DNA from: an uncultured virus (IMG/VR IMGVR_UViG_3300044641_006743)
Taxonomy: Duplodnaviria > Heunggongvirae > Uroviricota > Caudoviricetes
Virus record (IMG/VR): IMGVR_UViG_3300044641_006743
DNA: 23,811 nt
Direction: 5' to 3' (one strand)
The notes under the pieces were generated by a model. That model was not told where the DNA came from. It did no database searches and was given only the letters and a program-made list of their open reading frames with translations. Positions 7,568 to 15,577 of this stretch are shown here, in pieces (position 1 is the stretch's first letter; every line of letters starts with the position of its first letter). A program made the translations under genes and the position numbers.

Positions 7568-8158
7568 TTTAGAGGGCTTCACTTGTTTGGAGCCCTTTTT
7601 ATCATGACGCTCTTTGGAAAAGGCTTCTTCTAAAGGCCAGCCGTTGTTTAATCGTTTTTGCATTGATTGTGGACTGATACCAACTTCCTTGGCCCAGTCC
7701 GCAATGCACATTGTTTTCCCATCAAACGTGTAAAGCCTGGTAGCACGTTTACCGCCACGGTTTCGTGTTTGCTCTTTACGTGTTGCCCATCTGCAGTTTT
7801 CTTTACAATAGTTCCCGTCATTATTAATTCTTTCTAGTTCCATCGAAGGATCGGTTTTTTCTCCCATGTCTTTAAGAAAGTTTATAAAATTCTCCCAAGC
7901 AGGATCATAAGTTATTCCACGTCCGCCATATCTGTCATAAACTTTGCACTTTTTGTTATTGCACCTGTTTTTCATTGCATGCCAAGAAGTGTATTCGGAA
8001 GTTTTATTTTTATTTCCACCGTGTTTAAACGATGCACATGATTTTGAACAATATGTATACCCACGTTCTTTTAAACGCTTTCTGTGCCAAGCTGCAGTAT
8101 TTCCAAAACGTTCATAGAAATTTCCGCACTGCGCACATTTGAATCTAGTTTGTTCCAT
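7550..8158 (-). CDS. Free-standing HNH-type homing endonuclease
   Basis: Motifs [11 protein letters not shown]...YGGRGI...W..F..F..DMG...[26 protein letters not shown], an N-terminal CxxC..CxxxC and a C-terminal HTH-like segment. It is AT-rich and on the opposite strand to its neighbours. Confidence 0.85.
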   Translation of the reverse strand: MEQTRFKCAQCGNFYERFGNTAAWHRKRLKERGYTYCSKSCASFKHGGNKNKTSEYTSWHAMKNRCNNKKCKVYDRYGGRGITYDPAWENFINFLKDMGEKTDPSMELERINNDGNYCKENCRWATRKEQTRNRGGKRATRLYTFDGKTMCIADWAKEVGISPQSMQKRLNNGWPLEEAFSKERHDKKGSKQVKPSKSKLSQ

Positions 8159-8207
8159 TAGAATAAAAGAAGTTTTCGGAGGCCCCTGTCAAACTAGCAT
8201 AGACAGG

Positions 8208-8999
8208 GTGTTAAGTCCAATATCCAGTACTAGCAGCAACAAGCAGCCCCTATTTATTGATCGTCCGTTATTTGATACGGTCCGAGTTACCACTCAGACT
8301 GTTGGTAGCCAGGCGAGTAATACGATCTTCGTGCAGGGCGGCCAGGCACCATCTATTTTGGTGGACATGGACGCGAACCTCAGCGAAGACAATAATAACG
8401 GTGGTGTCGTCGATTCGATCACGATTGCTCGCAACGATCGTTATCGGGACGCTGATTACACCGTCAATGCGTCAACGTCTGGTACTGTTGTTGCCTTAAC
8501 AAGCGGCCAAGTTGTTTATATTCAATCCTCTGCGGTTCTTACCAATGGGACCGCAAGTGGAGTTGGTTATTATACCTATACCGGCTCGGGTACTCTTACT
8601 GGAGTTAATACGGCACTGAACTATTCGGGTGCTATTGCTAGTGGTTTCCAGTACCAAGGCGTGGCCTATGGTTATCAACCAGCGGTAACATTTGTTTTCT
8701 ATCAGACTCGTAATACGACCACTCCTATCCCAGCCAGTGGCGACTACCGTGTTCTATTTGCAAAAACTGTTCCTGCCAACAGTGGTGTTGTTGACTGCTC
8801 TGACGTGATGCCTCAGTTGGCAGTTCCCATGCCAACAGCAGGCAACACCAACGGTCTTGGTCCTAGCGCACCACTTCGCAACAAAGGGATTTACCTGGAG
8901 CGAGGCGACCGTATTTATGTGGGTGTGTTTGCGGAAGGCCCCAACATTTCTGGTTATACCCCAGGTGCTCATGTGTACGCACAAGGCGGTTTCTTCTGA
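8208..8999 (+). CDS. Putative virion structural protein (start uncertain)
   Basis: Long ORF rich in G/T/S/V. The tracked TTG 8139 overlaps the divergent HNH gene, so GTG 8208 is the more plausible start (VLSPISSTSSNKQPLFIDRP...). Confidence 0.6.
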   Translation: MLSPISSTSSNKQPLFIDRPLFDTVRVTTQTVGSQASNTIFVQGGQAPSILVDMDANLSEDNNNGGVVDSITIARNDRYRDADYTVNASTSGTVVALTSGQVVYIQSSAVLTNGTASGVGYYTYTGSGTLTGVNTALNYSGAIASGFQYQGVAYGYQPAVTFVFYQTRNTTTPIPASGDYRVLFAKTVPANSGVVDCSDVMPQLAVPMPTAGNTNGLGPSAPLRNKGIYLERGDRIYVGVFAEGPNISGYTPGAHVYAQGGFF

Positions 9000-9005
9000 T
9001 GAGTT

Positions 9006-10544
9006 GTGACTAAGTCAAAGGGTACGTTTGGATCTTTTACACCTTTTACCAAAGAAAAGGATAAGGATCCATTTCGCCTAAAGCCAATCACAACCGAATT
9101 TTCCAAGGGATCCATCCCCGATTCTTTAAGTACGATCAATCGAGAATCGGCTTGGTCTCGTTGGCGCCGTGGCTATGAACTAGCCACAGCAACGTTTTAC
9201 GATAACGATTTTACTTATCCATTTCAATATCAAATTCCTGTTCCGTCAGGCACACCAAGTTCAGTAGCTAATCCAAACCCTATTATTTCGGGTGCATTTG
9301 TTGGCTTCCCTACGACCAACAAAGAGCTTGGCATGCACTGGGCCGGCTGGCGTTATGCCGGGTCCATGAGAAGCGATAAGTTAAAAGACCCAATCACGAA
9401 CGACAGGCTTTATATCGAATCAATTACACAAGACCAAAGCAACTGGTATGTAAAGCTTGCGGGCTCTTGGAGCCCAGCCAACCCACTTCCTCCTCCTTTT
9501 TATGTAGCTGTTCCAGGTGTCCCAGGGGGGTTAAAGCCTTTGATCACCGAGATTTTGGAGGATCGTGTTATCACAATTGATGGTGAGATTATTGATAAAG
9601 ATACGATTGATCCAACAACTCAAAAACGTTATGGCTACGTGCAAGCTGTATTGACTGCCGTCAATCAGAACACAGGTGTCTTGACGTTTAAAAAAGCTGG
9701 TTCAGTGCAAGTTACACCGGACCAAGAATACTTAACACCGTCTCCGGCTCAATTTACTGTTGGAAGGTACTTAATCACTGGCGCAAGATTCTGCTGTTCT
9801 TGTCAAGATTTTACACACCGTGATTACGCTTTCTTGACCAATCCAGCAGCAAATGACCGAAAATTTTTCCCGCGCAACAATATTTCTTCTGTGAAACCAG
9901 GTCGTTACGAAGTCATCACGTTGAGTGGTGTTGTAGATAACAATGCGATGAATGATGCATCCGTCAATAGAGAAATGGATGTTTACGCTCCATCTGGCTA
10001 TAGTGTTCCCTTTTCTTTGTCGACGACAACCACAATTGACAACAAATCCACCAGGGACAATGTCGGTGTTTATAGAGAATTTGGTGCTACGTATTTAAGA
10101 AGTACAGCCAACCCAGCAATCCCTGGATCCAAAGCAGAAGGCATGCCTGGCTATAACGATTACTCTACAGAGCAAGGTGTAATCACATCGCTTACTGATA
10201 ACTGGACACCGTTACTTGATGAGATGCGTTATTGCAAACACATCTATGCACTTAAGTTCAAGGACAATACGTTTCCTCCAGAGCCGTCTGATTTCCCAGT
10301 GCAAGTTGGTAGCATGGCTGCGTGGGAACAAAGATTGGTAGAGAATACTGAAAGTGAACAAAAAGAAGCAGCTTCTTTTGTTATGACCATGAGATCACTG
10401 GCAGACATGGACGTTCCTCCTTATAACTGTCAAAGTCCCATGATGATGCCAATGATGCAAAAACTATTTAACGTTCCTGCGGACTTTATTGTGATGCAAG
10501 GTTTCACCATGTTTGACAAAGATGGCAAGCCATATAAGCCTTGA
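9006..10544 (+). CDS. 512-aa hypothetical protein with a split SWIM-like zinc-finger motif
   Basis: FCCSCQDF at 9789-9812 and YCKHIYA at 10230-10250. Confidence 0.65.
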   Translation: MTKSKGTFGSFTPFTKEKDKDPFRLKPITTEFSKGSIPDSLSTINRESAWSRWRRGYELATATFYDNDFTYPFQYQIPVPSGTPSSVANPNPIISGAFVGFPTTNKELGMHWAGWRYAGSMRSDKLKDPITNDRLYIESITQDQSNWYVKLAGSWSPANPLPPPFYVAVPGVPGGLKPLITEILEDRVITIDGEIIDKDTIDPTTQKRYGYVQAVLTAVNQNTGVLTFKKAGSVQVTPDQEYLTPSPAQFTVGRYLITGARFCCSCQDFTHRDYAFLTNPAANDRKFFPRNNISSVKPGRYEVITLSGVVDNNAMNDASVNREMDVYAPSGYSVPFSLSTTTTIDNKSTRDNVGVYREFGATYLRSTANPAIPGSKAEGMPGYNDYSTEQGVITSLTDNWTPLLDEMRYCKHIYALKFKDNTFPPEPSDFPVQVGSMAAWEQRLVENTESEQKEAASFVMTMRSLADMDVPPYNCQSPMMMPMMQKLFNVPADFIVMQGFTMFDKDGKPYKP

Positions 10545-10567
10545 CATAATTGTTAATAAGGTATACT
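10541..10567 (+). promoter_or_regulatory. Sigma70-type promoter (TTGACA-N15-TATACT)
   Basis: Consensus -35 at 10541-10546 and -10 at 10562-10567. The 15-nt spacer is short. Confidence 0.5.
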
Positions 10568-10662
10568 TATGTTAAGTCTCACGAGACTTGTTAGGAATTC
10601 CTTAAGAACCAGCGACCCGTCCTGTACCATTCTTAGGTTCGGGACGAGCGGACACACCAGCC

Positions 10663-11085
10663 ATGACTCAGCCCATCCCTGTTGACCAGCGGATCGTTGA
10701 CGATTTTTTCCAGCTCAGCTCTAGCCGTTCCACGAAAGGAGCCGCGTGGTTATTTGGTATGATTGCCACCTATGGCATCAAGCCAGAAGATCTATCGTCC
10801 TTTGATTGGGGACCGGAGGCATCCCTGGTGCTCCCCAATAAAAAACGTCCGATTCGCCCACTACATCCACAGTGGGTTTTTCTGTTTGATCTGCAGAAAA
10901 AACGGCCTTGCGAAATGCAAGACCGTGTATCCATCCTCTCGTCCACGTTGTACAGGCTGATGGCTCATCAAGTCATCAGCGTTAACATCACTGATTTAAT
11001 GTTGGCTCATAGGCTACGGAAGCAACACTACAAACAGATCAAGCAACCGCAGCAAGCTTCTCTTGCTTGCGTAGGTGCTTCCTGA
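10663..11085 (+). CDS. Degenerate tyrosine recombinase-like protein (catalytic-domain fragment)
   Basis: WLFGMIATYGIKPEDL, IRPLHPQWV and TDLMLAHRLR resemble the cyanobacterial integrase segments W..GM.ATYGLRPHE, ..PLHP.WV and YDLRHA.A.R, with catalytic residues changed. Confidence 0.6.
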   Translation: MTQPIPVDQRIVDDFFQLSSSRSTKGAAWLFGMIATYGIKPEDLSSFDWGPEASLVLPNKKRPIRPLHPQWVFLFDLQKKRPCEMQDRVSILSSTLYRLMAHQVISVNITDLMLAHRLRKQHYKQIKQPQQASLACVGAS

Positions 11086-11257
11086 CTGCCTCTACATTCC
11101 AACGGTAGCCATCCCTGGAACGTGTCTCCGGGAATGCGGCGAAGTGGGGACCGAGCTTTAGTGTGCCGTTATCCCGCATACGGAAGAGTTCCTTGCGGTC
11201 GATACCGAGGAGTTCTTCAGCGCGGGCAACGGAGACCCAGCCTGTGTTTTGAGCCAT
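11039..11257 (-). CDS. Excisionase-like / MerR-type winged-HTH DNA-binding protein
   Basis: WVSVARAEELLGIDRKELFRMRDNGTLKLGPHF...YRWNVEAVRKHL; 72 aa and basic. Confidence 0.65.
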   Translation of the reverse strand: MAQNTGWVSVARAEELLGIDRKELFRMRDNGTLKLGPHFAAFPETRSRDGYRWNVEAVRKHLRKQEKLAAVA

Positions 11258-11286
11258 GACTTAGCGTCAGGGTGAACAACTCTTGT

Positions 11287-11314
11287 ACGGTAACGGGTTA
11301 GAGCCCTGGGTCAA
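11287..11314 (-). promoter_or_regulatory. Sigma70-type promoter for the Xis-like gene (TTGACC-N16-TACCGT)
   Basis: Minus-strand -35 at 11314-11309 and -10 at 11292-11287. The inverted repeat GCCCT..AGGGC (11303-11318) overlaps the -35. Confidence 0.4.
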
Positions 11315-11396
11315 GGGCATTCATACTTTTTTAAGGGTCGCATGAAGAACTGTAAAGCTTAAGGAAATTAAAATAAGGTAACGGCAACTAAAGAGC

Positions 11397-11864
11397 ATGT
11401 ATTACAGCGAGCATGAGCCCATCGCCTTACTCGTTGAAGTCACGCCAAAGTTAGCAAAGAAACGATTTAGAGATGAGATATACAAATCCTGGAACCACAA
11501 ATGCGCTTATTGCGGAGAAGATGCAACAAGTCTTGACCATGTGATTCCACGTCACAAATCAGGAGAAACAACTCGCAAGAATTTAGTGCCAGCCTGCAGG
11601 CGCTGCAATGCCTCCAAGGCATCCTACAGGTTGCACGAGTGGTACTTAAATCAGGATTTCTTTTCTAAAGCTAGGCTCAATAGAATTGAAAGATGGATTG
11701 ATCAAAATCCTTTCCAGGTATTGTATTGGGAAGAAGAAACAGATTCATCATTAGTACGGGTTAATTATGTCGGACAAACCAAGGAAGGCTGTGGCTGCAG
11801 CCAAGCGGTACCAGAAGGACAAGATGAAATGCAACTCACCGCAGAAAGCGCCCCCTGGAGATAA
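11397..11864 (+). CDS. HNH endonuclease (McrA-like, Zn-binding)
   Basis: CAYCGEDATSLDHVIPRHKSGETTRKNLVPACRRCNASK. Confidence 0.88.
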   Translation: MYYSEHEPIALLVEVTPKLAKKRFRDEIYKSWNHKCAYCGEDATSLDHVIPRHKSGETTRKNLVPACRRCNASKASYRLHEWYLNQDFFSKARLNRIERWIDQNPFQVLYWEEETDSSLVRVNYVGQTKEGCGCSQAVPEGQDEMQLTAESAPWR

Positions 11865-12054
11865 ACATAAAAAGGTCGTTAAGAGTTGTCACGGTGGCGA
11901 GGAAAAGATCATTCGCTACGGCGCCAGGGGTTACGAAGACTACACACAGCACAAGGATCCCAAAAGACGTGCTAACTTCAGGGCGCGGCACAACTGTGAT
12001 TCCGTAACCGACAAAAACACAGCCCGTTACTGGGCTTGTGAAGACCTCTGGTGA
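11767..12054 (+). CDS. Small basic viral protein (DUF5754-like)
   Basis: The pattern IRYGARGYEDYTQHKDPKRRANFRARH...ARYWA...LW is one I recognise from phage and large-DNA-virus proteins. The family name is from memory. Confidence 0.6.
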   Translation: MSDKPRKAVAAAKRYQKDKMKCNSPQKAPPGDKHKKVVKSCHGGEEKIIRYGARGYEDYTQHKDPKRRANFRARHNCDSVTDKNTARYWACEDLW

Positions 12055-12059
12055 TCCTC

Positions 12060-12185
12060 ATGGCAAAACCCAAATCCTCCGGCTCCATCAAAATTCAATC
12101 CAAGCGGAAAAAAACTAGGCAAGGACAGGGCATGAACTCACTTCCTAATCACGGACGTAAACAACGTCGCGGTCAAGGGAAGTAA
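12060..12185 (+). CDS. 41-aa highly basic peptide
   Basis: MAKPKSSGSIKIQSKRKKTRQGQGMNSLPNHGRKQRRGQGK*. It fills the gap exactly, and the KKTRQG...RGQGK pattern is familiar from cyanophage small proteins. Confidence 0.65.
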   Translation: MAKPKSSGSIKIQSKRKKTRQGQGMNSLPNHGRKQRRGQGK

Positions 12186-12221
12186 TTATTTGTGTATATT
12201 GGGGGTAATTAAGTTACCCCC

Positions 12222-12887
12222 ATGTCTGATTTTTCTGCTGCAATTGAACTAATCAGAAAGTACGAAGGGTATAACGAGAAAGCTTACCCAGATCCGACCA
12301 CTGGTGGCGAACCTTACACCATTGGTTATGGAACACAGTTTTACCCGGACGGTTCTCCAGTCAGACGCGGACATCTCTGCACGAAACGCAAAGCCCTGGA
12401 ATATCTGTACCACGAGTTAGAAGTCCTTGATACTGAACTGAAGAAACTCAACCTAGGCCTGGATGACTGCATGCATCAGGCATTACTTTCTTTCAGTCAT
12501 TCCGTTGGCTGGAACTCTTTTCTGTACAGCAATATTATCGATTGCCTAGAACGAGAAGATTGGCGCAGCGCCAGCCAAGAAATTCCCAAGTGGGTCTTTG
12601 ATCAAGACCATAAGATGGTGGGCGCCCTTCTGCATCGTCGCCAAGAAGAAGTTGCGCTGTTCCTGTGTCAGGTCAACGACAATCCCTGGATCTCTACTGA
12701 GATACTCTTGACGGCTTTTCGTAACTACAGCGCGGCAGCTCACCAGGTCCGTGCCATCCGTATGTTAGAAGAGTCGATCAACCCTTATACTCTGTCTGAA
12801 TTCGCCAATAACTACAAGATTGACGAGGACCCATGGTGTGGTTCAGAGTACGAGGAATTTGATCCTCAAGGCATCTGTGACATTTAG
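12222..12887 (+). CDS. Phage lysozyme/endolysin (GH24 muramidase) with acidic C-terminal extension
   Basis: IRKYEGYNEKAYPDPTTGGEPYTIGYG (E..D..T triad), ALLSFSHSVG and KWV...GALLHRRQEE. Confidence 0.88.
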   Translation: MSDFSAAIELIRKYEGYNEKAYPDPTTGGEPYTIGYGTQFYPDGSPVRRGHLCTKRKALEYLYHELEVLDTELKKLNLGLDDCMHQALLSFSHSVGWNSFLYSNIIDCLEREDWRSASQEIPKWVFDQDHKMVGALLHRRQEEVALFLCQVNDNPWISTEILLTAFRNYSAAAHQVRAIRMLEESINPYTLSEFANNYKIDEDPWCGSEYEEFDPQGICDI

Positions 12888-12911
12888 CCCTAGAATAGTT
12901 TCAATTGAAGC

Positions 12912-13211
12912 ATGAAACCAGGAATGGACAGATCGGTTGAACCTCACCAATTTGAGCTTCCTTTAGAGCTTCAATTCTCGATGCGTAAGGCCGAGCTACA
13001 GGCCCAAGAGATGACGTGGGATCAGCTCTATTCCGCGCTCTTAAACTTGTACCACCAGCGCCTGATGGAGTGGTATGCGGTTAAGTCATTGATGGCCGAT
13101 GAGAATGTCGATATCGAATTTGACATTCCCACCGATCTGGAGCTAGCAGAACTCGCCGCCGCATGCATCTACGACGACGAGGATGATGACGATGAACTTC
13201 AGCCGTTCTGA
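12912..13211 (+). CDS. nblA: Phycobilisome degradation protein NblA-like
   Basis: ELPLELQFSMRKAELQAQEMTWDQLYSALLNLYHQRLMEWYAVKSLM fits the NblA pattern L(S/T)LEQ.F.......V..M..EQ....L..L..Q.M......K.L. Confidence 0.72.
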   Translation: MKPGMDRSVEPHQFELPLELQFSMRKAELQAQEMTWDQLYSALLNLYHQRLMEWYAVKSLMADENVDIEFDIPTDLELAELAAACIYDDEDDDDELQPF

Positions 13212-13489
13212 ACTTCTACAAATGTCAGCAGCCGATCAAGATACCACTGTGCTTTGGCAAGGTCAGTTTTACCCCCCTTATTACGCCAGCGCCATAGATA
13301 CTTAACACTGTTACCACGAAGATAACCCTGGTACTCCTCCGGTGTTAATTGAGCTTCAATGGCTTCAATGCACTCAATTCCACCGCCATCGGTGTAGTGC
13401 GGAGGATGATTTACCTGGTCCGGTTGAACCACAGGTGCTTCTTCCTTGACAGCCCAAGGCACCGGGCAAACGCCGTCTTTGCATTCCAT
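13199..13489 (-). CDS. DUF3310 family protein (T7 gp1.7-like nucleotide kinase domain)
   Basis: DQVNHPPHYTDGGGIECIEAIEAQL...GYLRGNSVKYLWRWRNKGGKTDLAKAQWYLDRL. The start is uncertain; ATG 13489 avoids a 200-nt overlap with the upstream gene. Confidence 0.8.
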   Translation of the reverse strand: MECKDGVCPVPWAVKEEAPVVQPDQVNHPPHYTDGGGIECIEAIEAQLTPEEYQGYLRGNSVKYLWRWRNKGGKTDLAKAQWYLDRLLTFVEVQNG

Positions 13490-13509
13490 GCCGAGAATAT
13501 CGCTGGTTT

Positions 13510-13866
13510 CTACCGGAGCAAACCACGTCTTTTCTGCGACAGGATCAGCTCCTCCTCCGGTGCTGTTCCCAAGTCCAGAATCAAGGTCTTCGGTCGTGGC
13601 GATGAAGCTGGGTACATCTCCAGTGCTTCCTCCATCGATGGGATATAACCCGTCATTCCAGGCCGTGCCCCCTCGAGTTCCAGTGGATTCCTTTCCAGCC
13701 CCTCTTCGCATAACGTTAAGCCGCGATTGTACTGGTCATATAATGGCACATCATTTTCTTCATTGTCGAGATCAGTACCAAATGTTGCCTGATTCAGACA
13801 ACGGCACATGACTTCGTCAATGATGCTTTGACCGAGACCGTCGCGGTAATCAGCAGGGCTATGCAT
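13510..13866 (-). CDS. Hypothetical acidic protein
   Basis: 118-aa ORF, divergent from 13908 and tiling with DUF3310. Confidence 0.55.
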   Translation of the reverse strand: MHSPADYRDGLGQSIIDEVMCRCLNQATFGTDLDNEENDVPLYDQYNRGLTLCEEGLERNPLELEGARPGMTGYIPSMEEALEMYPASSPRPKTLILDLGTAPEEELILSQKRRGLLR

Positions 13867-13907
13867 GGGAATATCCTGGCCTAAATTGCCTCGATTACAA
13901 TATTAAC

Positions 13908-14369
13908 ATGGCAAGATTCTATAACCCACGTCAAGATAATCCCGACCAGCCGGTTGATACTTCGGTTGGTTACAGAGGCCGTCTTGAGTACGATCCACGT
14001 CATGACTCTGGTTCTTCTGGTGGTGAAGTTACTGACTTAACCCCCGAGCGTCAATATGACGTTGATTTGAGGCGTCTAGATCCAATCGAACGTGCTACCG
14101 CTGGAGCAGCCGATACAGAAAATGCGGTACAGCAGGCGAGAGTATCTCGTTTTCTAAAAGCTTCCCGCCTTGCAGAAAAATATAAATCACAAGCTGATAC
14201 CCAATACCCAATCATTGGTACATCCGTTGGACGCCAACCGTCTTCACGACAAGGTGTTGTTCTTCCAACCTTAGGCGAAGCACCAGGTGCGAGGGGTAGT
14301 ATTAACTACCCCAATAAGCCTCAACCACGATCTGGTAAAGCGTATAACTGGCTTGACAGTTTTAGTTGA
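13908..14369 (+). CDS. Hypothetical protein
   Basis: 153-aa ORF with TACAAT 6 nt upstream of the ATG, suggesting a leaderless mRNA. Its stop abuts the dcd stop. Confidence 0.6.
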   Translation: MARFYNPRQDNPDQPVDTSVGYRGRLEYDPRHDSGSSGGEVTDLTPERQYDVDLRRLDPIERATAGAADTENAVQQARVSRFLKASRLAEKYKSQADTQYPIIGTSVGRQPSSRQGVVLPTLGEAPGARGSINYPNKPQPRSGKAYNWLDSFS

Positions 14370-14957
14370 TTAGACCTTACTGAAGACAACTTCAGGGGCT
14401 TGGTTCTGATATTTACCCTTGCGATCCTGGTAGCTGACTTCGCATGGATTGCCGCGATAAAAGAGGAGCTGGGTAACGCCCTCATCTGCGTAAATGCGGT
14501 TGAATAGCCCTGTGCAGTTGCTAATTTCAAGCGTCAAATAACCCTCCCAGCCACTCTCGGCAGGAGTGATATTAACCAGGATTCCCGATCGGGCATACGT
14601 AGATTTGCCAACGGCAACTACAGTTACATCACGGGGAAGCTTGAGGCGCTCTCGTGCCACGCCCAAACAATACCCATAGGGAGGAAGAAGGAAATACTTG
14701 CCTTTTTCGTCCTCTAGCAATTCGGCATTGGTCAGGATTTCCGGCTTGAAATCCTTTGGATCACACTCACCCTCCGAGATGCGTCCAAAGATGAGACATT
14801 GTTCTGGCGACAAACGGATGTCGTATCCATAGGAACTTAGTCCATAGCTAAGAATACGACGGCCATCTTCTTTGCTGATGAGACGATCCTGGAACGGGAC
14901 AATCATCTCTTCTTCTTCCGCGAGTTGACGGATTTCTTTATCGCAGAGAACGCTCAT
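14370..14957 (-). CDS. dcd: dCTP deaminase
   Basis: LSYGLSSYGYDIRL, GKSTYARSGILVNITPAESGWEGYLTLEISN, IYADEGVTQLLF and SYQDRKGKYQNQ. Confidence 0.95.
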   Translation of the reverse strand: MSVLCDKEIRQLAEEEEMIVPFQDRLISKEDGRRILSYGLSSYGYDIRLSPEQCLIFGRISEGECDPKDFKPEILTNAELLEDEKGKYFLLPPYGYCLGVARERLKLPRDVTVVAVGKSTYARSGILVNITPAESGWEGYLTLEISNCTGLFNRIYADEGVTQLLFYRGNPCEVSYQDRKGKYQNQAPEVVFSKV

Positions 14958-14989
14958 AGACCTTTTAAAGCTTTTTCAATATAGATCAT

Positions 14990-15577
14990 TCAGCAAAGAA
15001 CACGACCTTTTTCGGAGTAAATATCGATGAATCGCTGGGTTGCTTCACCAATATTGTCCTTTGGTTGCAGATAAACCAAGAATGAGGTGCAGGTGTTGTG
15101 GTTTTTAACTCCTTCGTTTGTTCGCGCTACAAGGTTTGGTACAGTACGCAGAATGCACACCGGAAAATCAAAGAGCCGCTGTTCGTACCTAAACATGTCG
15201 GGACAGTTAGAGAAGTAAAGACCCTCCTCGATTTCGTTATGGTACCAAGCTTTGAAAAGACGCCGAAACCAAACAGCATGGGACGATGTCAACGTCGAAG
15301 AACATGCCCTGGTCATCTTCCACCGTTCGTTCTTTTTGTCCCAGAAGTACGTCCCACTGGGCGGGAATAAGTAAACTTTGCCGAACCATTCCTGGTCATT
15401 CAGCCCATCATCTGTGGGCGTGAAGAAGTTTTTAGCATTGACATACTCATTGGCAAAAGCAGAGCTTGCCACGTCAAGATCGATGTGACCCATTAGGCCA
15501 TGTGCTGCCGCAACAAGATCTGCATTAGTCACAAGCTCCAAATCTTCACGGCGCATGCCGCTTTTAGTAATTGCCAT
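14990..15577 (-). CDS. Phage Dam-like DNA N6-adenine methyltransferase homolog with altered catalytic motif
   Basis: GHIDLDVASSAFANEYVNAKNFFTPTDDGLNDQEWFGKVYLFPP matches the IDLDPAS...AN..V.A...YT..DDGL...W.G.V.LNPPY family, but NPPY reads FPPS. Confidence 0.7.
   Translation of the reverse strand: MAITKSGMRREDLELVTNADLVAAAHGLMGHIDLDVASSAFANEYVNAKNFFTPTDDGLNDQEWFGKVYLFPPSGTYFWDKKNERWKMTRACSSTLTSSHAVWFRRLFKAWYHNEIEEGLYFSNCPDMFRYEQRLFDFPVCILRTVPNLVARTNEGVKNHNTCTSFLVYLQPKDNIGEATQRFIDIYSEKGRVLC

Noticed and set aside
7550..8230. Second intron around the HNH gene at 7550-8158
   Set aside because: No P/Q/R/S core or group II domain V nearby, and the flanking genes appear complete.
8178..8240. Translational bypass from CTG TCA AAC TAG to a downstream AAC (T4 gene 60-like)
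   Set aside because: SD spacing is only 3 nt, the start would be CTG with no nascent peptide, and in-frame GTG 8208 explains the gene more simply.
10663..11085. Functional integrase / prophage boundary
   Set aside because: Catalytic residues are missing, phage genes lie on both sides, and I saw no host genes or att duplication.
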